Positions 54,435 through 64,000 of a stretch of DNA of 64,000 bases are shown here, piece after piece (the stretch's first letter is position 1; the number at the start of each line of letters is the position of its first letter). The translations under genes and the position numbers were made by a program. This DNA comes from Fimbriosthenelais zetlandica (lineage: Eukaryota), in assembly GCA_977030845.1 (NCBI GenBank), contig OZ365115.1, positions 17,484,001-17,548,000 on the forward strand, given 5' to 3'. Under the pieces are notes generated by a model. The model saw only the letters and a program-made list of their open reading frames with translations. It ran no database searches and was not told the origin of the DNA.

Positions 54435-55418
54435 ATGGGCGACAACAACAATGAGAAAATTTCTAACGCGAGAGAAACTATGGAAAGTAAGTAAACTCTT
54501 TGAGTAAACTTGCTCTATTATCTTGAGAGATGTTCATTAGAATCTAGTTCATTGTTTTGTAAAATAAGAAATTAGAATTAATCTTGGTAATTGAAGTAGA
54601 GTAGGAAAAACTTCAGGCGCCGTTGGTGCTGAGCGATAAAGGGGGTTTTGCCCATTTGACTAGTGCAGGCGCTGGGTTCCCGCGCATGAAGATGACGCTT
54701 CTCCGGTAGCATAAGCCGATAGGGTCTGGGATGATGTGATAGAATTCTATAACTGACTATAGTTACTATAGGCCTATAAAGTTATAGAATGTTAATTTTA
54801 AATATTTTGGAGATGGAACCCAAATTAGACATGATTGACGATATGATATAAAACATAGTTTACATTTCTATAGCATAGGCCTACGATACAAGATAAAATA
54901 ACATAAAACGCACTTCATATTTTGCAGCTTTGATGGAAGTTTCCAAACTTCTCAATACGGGTCTTGACGTGGAAACGTTAGCCGTCTGTGTACGCCTCTG
55001 TGAAAGCGGCGTAAATCCTGAAGCATTGGCGTTAGTAGTTCAAGAATTGAGGCGTGAGACAGCCGCTCTAAAGGTAAATCTATACTGAAATTCCTTCCCT
55101 GGCCAATTTAATTAAACAATTAAATGTTTTTGTGAGTAGCATAATTTCGGTTAATATTAAATGTACGGTCTGGATCTGGATCTGGATTAATAGTTGGCAA
55201 AACCCCCTAGTATTGGGGTGTCACGCCAAAAGGGGATGGGTGCGCATCATAGGGACCTGATGTTGCGGGAATGAATTTAAATTTAAAACGGTAGACGTAC
55301 TGAACTCTGCTTCTAGTGAATTTAAAGGATTTTATTTCTAAGAACCGTAATTATTATTGGTATCATAATCTTTATTTTTCTCTTTTAGGCGGCCGAGGCA
55401 GATGCAGGGACAGGCTGA
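54435..55418 (+). CDS. MZT1: Mitotic-spindle organizing protein 1 (MOZART1, gamma-TuRC subunit), 3 exons, 75 aa
   Basis: Exons 54435-54486 (|gtaagt), 54928-55073 (|gtaaat), 55389-55418. Translates [75 protein letters not shown]. The S.LLNTGLD.ETL..CVRLCE.G.NPEAL..V..ELR signature is diagnostic. Not in the ORF track. Confidence 0.97.
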
Positions 55419-56245
55419 TTTCTGTTCATCATCCGGTACCGTACTACGATATTTATTTTACATCCAAGCAGAACATTCGACGTAAACATCTAAGTTGCGG
55501 TATTTTCGGCGGCCATGTATAGACTATAGGATAGCAAATGTTGGCCTGTGTATATACTTCATCTGATTCTGCATTTCGGCACATTTGTTCCTTATTTTTG
55601 TCGTTTTGAAAGATTTTTTTTTAGAGGATGAATGAGACCCATTGTCATCTATGTAAGGCTGGTATAATTTATGAACCATTATCTTTTGTATTTCTTCTCA
55701 GCTCCTTGATATTAGTTACAGTATACAAGGGCTAGTATCCTATCAGTAATTATGCCTTTGGTAATGTTGCCAGTGGGCCTACTGTTCCCAGTTGTAAATT
55801 TAGGTCTATGGTAGCGGAAATAAAATCTTTGTTATCTTCACTAATTCTTGTGTGAATAATTGAGTTATTAGTAATGGTATTTCAAGTCACAAATGTGGAA
55901 ATTAATGGTTATTTCCCCAACTTTACCCGACCACACTCGGGCCTGAACATGTTAAGGAATTTAAAGATTATTATCTATCCACCCTTCCAGGAATTTGTTC
56001 TTTTCATTTTCGTGTTTAGCATTTAAACAATTTACTTTATATTCGCTTAGTTGGCCTAGAGCCCTACAGGGGCTGATCGATTTTTTTTTACATTCAGTCT
56101 TTCACACTTAATCAAATTAGGCGGAAAGTTAGCCTGACAACCAAGCCTCACGGGCTCCCCCCAGCATGTACATGTACCGGTAGATGAAAGCTATATCTAC
56201 CTGCATACATCAAGTCTACTTTATTTGCCTTTTGAAAAATATCTA

Positions 56246-57735
56246 TAGCCCTTTTACTGGTCGCAAACTCCATTTAAGATTATAGAAACACTATTAATCT
56301 ATCCACATGTTGAGTTTTGATTTAATTGAAGGGTAATTTACTTCAGAAATGACTCCTGAGTGTGCTGATAGCGCCCAATGCTACGACGCCACCTTCGGCA
56401 GAAGCCTGAACTAACGGTCAATGCTAACTCAATGGAAAAATGGTTTTCGCCTCTTTTATCGAATATTCAGGAGTTCCATGGCTACAGACTCCATGCAGAC
56501 AGGTAGATATAAACTTTTCATGTATTCATATTTTGTATTTTGACCACCATGAAGTGTATTTTCTCTGGGAGACACTCTGGAATATTCTCATTTTCGTCAG
56601 TAATGGAGCACACATTATTTGTCATTTATGGTTGGTTGGTTGGTTGACGTTTATTGATATAAAATCAAAAGGTAGACTCTTCAGACAAGTCTGTTTTCCA
56701 AGAGTTACCGCTGTGACAGTTACAGTTGTTTAGTTTAAACATAAATATGGGAAAAGAGAAAAAACAAACAAAAAATACAATGTACGATGTGCGAAATAAG
56801 GTGAAATTATGTTTTACAATATTATATGGTGATCGATGCAGGTTAATTCCTTATTGGAGCCTGCTACACTAATTAGTGCATAAATACATGGTCAGTGTAT
56901 ATTAATATTTACAAAGTGATAAAAACAATATTGGTAATTAAATTGATATTACAAACAAACCAGTTAATAAATAAATAAATAGACAAGGTCACTTTAGTGA
57001 AATGTTTGCAAATACATGTATACGTATGTCAGTTCGTTTAATTAGTTAATGATTATGGTACCTGTGTATGACATTATGGATTAGTCGTTCGACAACGTCC
57101 ATAATTCTATTGTATTTATAAGTTAAAAGTTATAATATATTAATTTAGCCCTTTTACTGGTCGTAAACTCCATTTAGATACACTATTAATCTATCCACAT
57201 GTTGAGTTTTGATTTAATTGAACTGTAATTTTTTTTCAGAAATGGCTTCTGAGTGTGCTGATAGTGCCGAATGTTACAACGCCACCTTCGGCAGAAGCGT
57301 GAACTAACGGTCAATGCTAACTCAATGGAAAAATGATTTTCGCAGACAGGTAGATATAAACTTTTCATGTATTCAAATTTTGTATTTTGACCACATTGAA
57401 GTGTATTTTCTCTGGGACACACTCTGGAATATTTTCATTTTTGTCAGTGCTATTTCAATGGTGCAAATTTTATTTATCATTTATAAAATGTTTAGCCCTT
57501 TTACTGGTAGCAAACTCCATTTAAGATTATAGACACACTTTCAATCTATCCACATGTTGAGTTTTGATTTAATTGAACGGTAATTTATTTCAGAAATGAC
57601 TCCTGAGTGTGCTGATAGCGCCCCATGGTACGATGCCCCCTTCAGCAGAAGCGTGAACTAACGGCCAATGCTAACTCAAAGGACAAATGGTTTTCGCCTC
57701 TTTTATCGAATATTTAGGAGTTCCCTGGCTATAAA
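56246..57735. repeat. Three copies of an approximately 350-bp unit
   Basis: tagcccttttactggt...cagaaatg(a/g)ct(c/t)ctgagtgtgctgatag...cttc(g/a)gcagaagc(c/g)tgaactaacgg at 56246, 57146 and 57493. Confidence 0.9.
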
Positions 57736-57774
57736 ATCTATTTTATCTATTTTGTCTTTACCATCGCTTCTCTC

Positions 57775-58500
57775 ACAACTAGAGGGCCACAGCAACATGG
57801 GTTCGAATCCCACCAAAGTGAAGATTTTCCCAGTTGAAATTCGATATATCTCATCCGGGGGATATGAAAATTAACTTCCGAGATTTGAGGCGTGAGGCGA
57901 GAGAGGAGAAATGGTTGGAGGAACGCCCAGCCCGGGTATAGGCCTTGTATATGTATAGGAAATAAGAATATTATGTTGTACACCAGCACGACAACCGTCT
58001 AGTCAGTACCGCAATGGTTAAGGCGTTGGTCTCCCAATAAGAGAATTATGCCAACATAGGTTCGATTAATTAATATTAACCCTCACTTTCATCATGGTAT
58101 AGCTGATTTCTAGGTCAACTTGTGATATGTATGGGAAGTGGAGGAACGGCTTGTGATATGTATGAGATGTCGAGGAAGCGTTTTCACTTCTTTTCCAACT
58201 GTCACTGCCCCTCTCTTGTATAACAATTTGTTATACGCCTGCTCAATCATAGCAGATTCAATGGCCGAGTGGTTAAGCCGTTGGTCTCTCAATAAGAGGT
58301 TTCTGCTAACATGGGTTCGATTCCAACCCTGAACTGCGTTTTCACTTCTTTTCCAACTGTCACGTACTGCCCCTCTCTTGTATAACAACTTGTTACACAC
58401 CTGTTCATTCATAGCCGACTCAGTGGCCGAGTGGTTATGGTGTTGGACTCCCATTTAGAGGGTCACACTAACATGGGTTCGAATCCCCCCGAAGTCAAAA
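57775..58500 (+). pseudogene. Cluster of four degenerate tRNA-Ser-like sequences (pseudo-tRNAs or SINE heads)
   Basis: A-box/D-arm TGGCCGAGTGGTTA(A/T)G and B-box GGTTCGA(A/T)TCC at 58253-58332 and 58414-58492. Weaker copy at about 58000-58068, 3' half only at about 57775-57815. Anticodon stems are broken and the acceptor stem pairs at best 5/7. The last two copies lie in a tandem duplication of about 160 bp. Confidence 0.7.
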
Positions 58501-58524
58501 TTTTCACAGTTCAGGAAATAGTAT

Positions 58525-58670
58525 GGTAAATAGTGAAGTAACACCTAGCGGGGTATCTGAATTGTCTAATCTATGGGGAGTAGTCGGGGTGATAGGAAAT
58601 AGTATGGGAAATAGTGGAGTAACACCTAGCGGGGTATCTGAATTGTCTAATCTGTGGGGAGTAGTATGGG
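58525..58670. repeat. Direct repeat, about 78-bp offset
   Basis: aaatagtg(a/g)agtaacacctagcggggtatctgaattgtctaatct(a/g)tggggagtagt occurs twice. It explains the repeated TPHRLDNSDTPLGVT in ORF 58504-59052. Confidence 0.9.
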
Positions 58671-58835
58671 AATGGAGGTAGGAGCAGCAGGGTAGGAGGA
58701 ACGAGCGGCGCGGTAGTAGGGATGAGCAGTGGGTACACGCCTCATGATGTGAATAAAGAACAAGAAATTGAAATATTTGTTTGTTGCATTTTATTTGACC
58801 TTCAAATAGAGTACAGGAGTGATGCCCCTTGTGGC

Positions 58836-58879
58836 GAGCGAGGGTAATACTAGTGGCGCCACTAGTATTACCCTCGCTC
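58836..58879. repeat. Perfect 44-bp palindrome
   Basis: GAGCGAGGGTAATACTAGTGGC|GCCACTAGTATTACCCTCGCTC, with no spacer and no mismatch. Confidence 0.98.
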
Positions 58880-59319
58880 AGGGGTAGGGGTACTAGGAGG
58901 GTAAGGTAGGACGTTCCAGGATCCCAACTGTCGCATGGGACATCGAGGTACTGGTCAAACCGGCCCAGACCCGAAGCACGAATCACATACTGCCCCATCA
59001 CAGGGCATACGGCATGTTCAACCGGGCGCGTTGTTTCACATCTGGGCACCAACAGACTAACGGAAAAAAAAGATAGATGAAGAGGGATAGACTGCCTCTA
59101 AGGGCGGAATAAAAAAGAAATCAAAAGTGTAGAACATCTTAAAAAGAGAACTATGGTCAGAATCAGAAGTGATCTGACACCAGCTGAACTCCACCCAGCC
59201 GACCTTCCAGCAAGCGGGACGTGGGAGGGGGAAGAGATGGAGATGGGAAATGGGTAAGGTGGGTGGGGGGATGGGGTGCGGGCGGGGTGGGGAGTGGGAG
59301 ATGCAAAAATGATCAGTAA

Positions 59320-60670
59320 TTACTTTCCATAATACAATTTTTCCACTGTCTAACTTTAAACAAATCTCATATGAATATTATGAAGTATAATATTATAACC
59401 TATGTTAATAATTACTTCACGCTGTCTTACTTCAAACTATGAAATTCTGATGTAAATATATCCCATGATAAATTCTCTGACATTAACAAATCAATATTCA
59501 ATTATCAAGTAAATATAATCTATGAGAATAAATCTAAGTAATTACTTCGCACATCAAAGTCTCTGCTGCCTACCTTTGAATATCAAATAAATATAACATA
59601 TGATAATAGGTCTACTTCTATATAATAATTACTTTAGAAATCCCAGTTTTCACTGTCTAAATTTAAACTACGAACTTTGAAACTACTACTCTCTGATATT
59701 AACAGAAAGTACCGGTAGTGAGAGGGAGATGGAAGGGATATGGGAAGGAGAGAGGGAGAGGGAAAGGGAGAGGGAGAGGGGCATTACATCACATTAACAT
59801 TACCATCAGCAATCTAACATCTAGATAAGTGACATCATTTGATATGTGTATCAAACATACTTGAAATAAATAATGTGATCTATTTTGGTGAAATGAGTCG
59901 CATGTCTCACGGAGTCGAAAATGGGCAACCTATAAATTAAATATCCAAAGAAAATAATGACATATAACATATCCTCGTATTCTGCTTCACGGCTTGTGTA
60001 AAATTTTAAATTTTTGGTATTCGAAACGTCACTTATCGTGATTTGAAACTCATTTCACCAAAAGAAGTTACCTATAATGATATATCCAAATTACCTTGCA
60101 CATAGAAGTTTCCTTTGTCTAACTTTAAACAAATCTGAAGTAAATATGTATAATCTATGATAATTAGCTTCCATAATTATATACAAGTTTCTACTGTCTA
60201 ACTTTTAACAAATCTCATATTAAAATAATAAAGTAAATACATGTATAACCGATGTAAATAATTACTTTGCGCTGTCTAACTATTAACACCAAATTTTAAA
60301 TTAAATAACCTCTGTGACATAAACCAAATCTTGATTAAATAAATAGTCTATGATAATTAATCTAAAATAATGATTACTGTGTATGTCAAAGCTACAACTC
60401 TCTGACATTAGCTAATTTGATATTAAATAAATATAATCTAAATCTAAAATAAATACTGTGACTGGCAACGCTTCACTCAATTACGCAATATTCAATTATG
60501 AAGTAAAATGTAACCTATAATAATAAACCTAAATTATGAGTTTGCACATCAAAGAGTCTGCTGTCTAACTTAGTGGTCTACTTCCATATAATAATTACTT
60601 TGAAAATCCCAGTTTCCACTGTCTAACTGTCAACATTAAATTCCGAAACTACAACACTCTGATGTTAACA
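59320..60670. repeat. Degenerate AT-rich higher-order repeat
   Basis: The motif ctgtctaac recurs about nine times. 59320-59705 aligns by eye with 60160-60670. Confidence 0.8.
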
Positions 60671-60924
60671 AGAATGAATTAAATTAATTGTTAATCAAAA
60701 ATAATAATCGCTGACTTCTTCAGAGCTACATTCTTTGATATTAAATTAATCTGATATTGAATGAATATAATATGGCTGAGGAGAATACTACTCAAATAAA
60801 CCTGTCTTTGACCTGCTCATGAACCGAGTGTTGGCTAACTAAACTGACTAAATGCTTGTAACCGTCGGAGACGTTACTTCATTTGGTCGTCTGGTGTTCG
60901 GTAGATAAGAAAGCGCATCTCTTC

Positions 60925-61985
60925 ATAATGGCCTCAGACCCCCGACCGAGGGCCGTACGACAAGCCGCAGTCCCCAGGTCCAAGTTTCTTCACCGTTGTC
61001 AACTGGTCACCTGGAAATATAGAATGAATAAGAACAAATAGATTGATAATTTAGCTATATGTTTAGGGTCGACGGATGACATAATTGCAATGTAAATTAA
61101 ATGTCCCCGCAACAACATGGAAATCTAATTCTAAACGATTGTTGAATTCTAATTTTGAAAATAAAGATTAAGATTGATAAAACCTTGATTTTCCTAAATT
61201 CTAAATTACAGTATAATTGATCGATTCTCACGAAACCACCCACACCCTCCTCTCTAATTCACCCCTTTCTACAGCTATCTCCCTCCCAGAACAGAACTAA
61301 TGATCAAGGTTTAAAGTGACACACGTGGTGACACTAAGCATAATAATAATTTTTTGGCCTAATATTAATCAAGGTTTATTATAAGGCGGCTCACCTTGAA
61401 TACCGAGTTTCTCTTCAAGCTGTCAATTCTATAAATGAATGGGGTAGGCTCAAGTGAGTAGAGTGCATATAGCCTGAAAAGAAATGATAAAGAATATGTT
61501 AATGTAATATAGGCGACCAAATTCATGAGAGAATTCATAATTCAAATAGGAATTCCGCCAACAGAAAAGTATTCCAATATTGTCAAAAATGGCATCGAAA
61601 TGAAATTCAAATATTTCTGAAGGAGGCTCACCATGTGTGTTGTCTGCCTGGAAGCTGAGACTCCACGAAGTGGTTGGCGTCAGCTAGATGTGAGTGGACA
61701 GAGCTGGACATCGATTCTCAAGTCTCCATATATAAATTTTGTTGGAAATGTTTCAGTCACGGTCTGAGACGTCCAGACCGAGGGCCGTAGGACAAACCGC
61801 AGTCCCTGGTCCAGGTTTCTTCACCGTTGCTTACAGGAAATCAACTGGGCACCTGGAAATATAGAATGAATAAGAACAAATAGAGTAATAATTCAGCAAG
61901 CTGTTTAGGGTCGATGGAAGATATTATTGCAATGTAAATTAAATATATCTCCAAAAACATGGAAATGTAATTCTAAACTAAAGTT
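60925..61985. repeat. Duplicated block of about 215 bp spanning an exon-like/intron-like junction
   Basis: gaccgagggccgta(c/g)gacaa(g/a)ccgcagtccc...cacctggaaatatagaatgaataagaacaaataga...gtttagggtcga at about 60940 and about 61777. Confidence 0.9.
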
Positions 61986-62024
61986 TAAAGACCAAGCCTA
62001 ATATGAAAACGAGATGATAATTTC

Positions 62025-62975
62025 ACAGAATGATCCTTAAATGTAAATTACAATGCGAATTGGGCCTGCTTTAACCGCTTAACTATCAATGTAAAGAAGA
62101 CCAAAGCAATGTTCTTTGCTACCAATGGGGTCATAAAAAGATTGCCCCAACCTAACAATCTAGTACTCTATGGTAACCCTGTTGAATGGATTGACAAATT
62201 CTCATACCTAGGTATAAATCTGGATCAGTCATTTTCATTTGTGCCGTCATTGGGCAGTGTTGTCAGTAAAGTTGCCAATAGAATTTATCTCTTGTCACGA
62301 CTTAGACCCTTCTTAACTGCCCCAGCTGCTCTCAAAATCTATAAAGGTACTATACTCCCCATCCTTGATTACTCATTGTTCTGTTTTGATGCTTGCCCCA
62401 AACATAAATTTGTTAAACTGCAGAGATGCCAAAATCGAGCACTAAGAATGTGTTTCAATGAGCATAACAGGGCCAGTACTCATGAATTACATACTAAAGC
62501 TAATCTCTTGATGTTAGAATATAGGTCCAAATTTAATATATGTAAAGCTATGGAAAAATTTGCAATCCGGGGTAAATATCTTGACACTCATAACCAATAT
62601 GAAACTAGATCTAAAACATCTCCACTAATGCGTGTACCAATAGCCAAGTCTTGTAAATCCAATAATTCTTTTCTCTTCTGTGGAGTACAGCTCTGGAACT
62701 CCCTACCTACCCATATTAGGGGTAATAGTGGCACCCCTATATAGTTTTAAAATCAAACTCAAAGCTTATCTGTCATCTTTAAACTTTCCTGACTAAAGTT
62801 CTCGTGTGATGTGTAGTGACATCCGCATGCTGCGGGATATGTTTGTCACTTCACATCACTTCTTAACTTCATCTCTTCCTTCTTTTGACTTTTCCCGTTT
62901 TGTTGATTTTCTGTTCTACTGAATTGTTTCTATTTATACTATTATCTATATAGTATGCCAAAAAATAAATTTAAT
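62025..62975 (+). mobile_element. 5'-truncated non-LTR retrotransposon (CR1/L2 group), end of the reverse transcriptase ORF plus 3' UTR
   Basis: Frame reads NWACFNRLTINVKKTKAMFF...KFSYLGINLD...VANRIYLLSRLR...KLQRCQNRALR...YETRS...SFLFCGVQLWNSLP. A frameshift near 62740 precedes FKIKLKAYL. AATAAA at about 62964. Confidence 0.9.
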
Positions 62976-63500
62976 GTTCCTGAAATATTTCCTCGCACAG
63001 ACAGTGATATAGGCAGGATATAGTAGACGTACAAAATAGGTAGACGTACAAATTAGTGGACGTACACTGCGCTTGCGCTATACGCTAGCCACAGTGCCTA
63101 TGGCACTGACAAATTTTATTTGGCTATGGCTTTTTTAGCCTGTTGTAGCCACTGTGGCACCTCTTCTTGGGGTGTGCATCCCAGTCGGAGGTCGGCAAAA
63201 TGTTTAATATTACAGGGGTCGAAAAACTCAAAATTTTCTTGGTTGCCCTTCGGGCAACCTGTTATGGCATTATATTTGCTTTTATCAAGATAGGTGAACT
63301 TTTTTCAAATCAAATTTGATGGTGGACAAAATAAAAAGGGATATAGAAAAGGGGACCATAGGCCTACATGGGAGGAGAACAGAGTGATCAAGATGGAGGT
63401 TTGGTGCGGGAGGAAGGAAGGGAAAGATGGAGGGGACGAATCAGGGAATGGAGAGGAGGTGGGAGAGCTGAAGGGGATTGAGATTTTTGTGAGGAGGGGG

Positions 63501-63760
63501 CAGGCCCGGATCCAGACCCCAAATCCGACCGATGCCTTTTCAGTTAAATTCTGCCCCAGCAAATATTTGGGGCAACTATTTGCTGGGACAACTAGGCCTA
63601 AATAGTGAACCAACTAAATTGTCCCTAACATTTGATGTTCAAAACCATGTGTGTTGGGTTAAACTTAATTGGGGAGACTTTGTGATTAGAAGATGCCTGA
63701 AAATCTGACCGATGCTTTTCCATATGTATCGATGCTTTTATCAGTCTGGATCCAGGCCTG
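63501..63760. mobile_element. MITE with caggcccggatccagac TIRs
   Basis: caggcccggatccagac at 63501 versus gtctggatccaggcctg ending at 63760 (1 mismatch). Internal direct repeat (c/t)gaccgatgc(c/t)ttt. Confidence 0.6.
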
Positions 63761-64000
63761 GGGGACAGGTTGAGGGGGAGACAGGGTATAAGAAGGGGGG
63801 TTGGGGGGAGGGGGTAGGGCATGAGAGAGGTGTAAGGGAGGGGGACAAGTCAAGAAACGGGACAGGGAAGGCATGAATGGGGGGAATGCGACGGGGGCCG
63901 AGGGAGTGTAGGCCTACGATACTATAATAACCCATAATATGATTATGGGATCAGAAGAGAGGTGAAAAGACCTGTGGAAGGAGGAGAGAGGGAGAGGTGA

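Noticed and set aside
57775-58500. Functional tRNA genes
   Set aside because: Anticodon stems do not pair and the acceptor stems are mismatched.
58504-59052. 182-aa ORF as a protein gene
   Set aside because: It starts at GTG, crosses a palindrome, a putative intron and a DNA direct repeat, and shows no family motif.
63085-63160. RAG/Transib-like element (CACAGTG ... CACTGTG); heptamers also at 43893 and about 46093
   Set aside because: No nonamer at 12 or 23 bp, no 5-bp TSD, and no transposase.
63241-63260. ggttgcccttcgggcaacc hairpin as a terminator or structured RNA
   Set aside because: Eukaryotic context with no U-tract. More likely a subterminal hairpin of a repeat.

Overview
AT-rich, intron-rich animal genomic DNA, probably from a marine invertebrate bilaterian (inferred from the repeat landscape only). 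Three protein genes can be rebuilt by hand from splice sites. (1) MOB2 (+): four internal/terminal coding exons at 26234-42038, plus several in-phase candidate first exons between 12.4 and 23.6 kb. (2) BORA/aurora borealis (-): 11 coding exons at 53493-49257, about 785 aa, with one GC-AG intron and a terminal exon that the ORF track shows only as a separate short ORF. (3) MZT1 (+): 3 exons at 54435-55418, 75 aa, head-to-head with BORA across a short interval carrying CCAAT and two CHR (TTTGAA) motifs. The rest is introns and intergenic DNA with MITEs (two PIF/Harbinger-type with intact TWA target duplications), minisatellites, a SINE relic, tandem tRNA-Ser-like heads and a 5'-truncated CR1/L2-group LINE. 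At 58.7-61.9 kb there is an unexplained set of minus-strand exon-like blocks containing a perfect 44-bp palindrome. Most ORF-track ORFs are spurious. I found no CRISPR array, rRNA or intact tRNA, and no clearly novel biological system. The best leads are the BORA-MZT1 shared promoter, the MOB2 alternative N-termini, a promoter-like island inside MOB2 intron 3 and the 58.7-61.9 kb unit.
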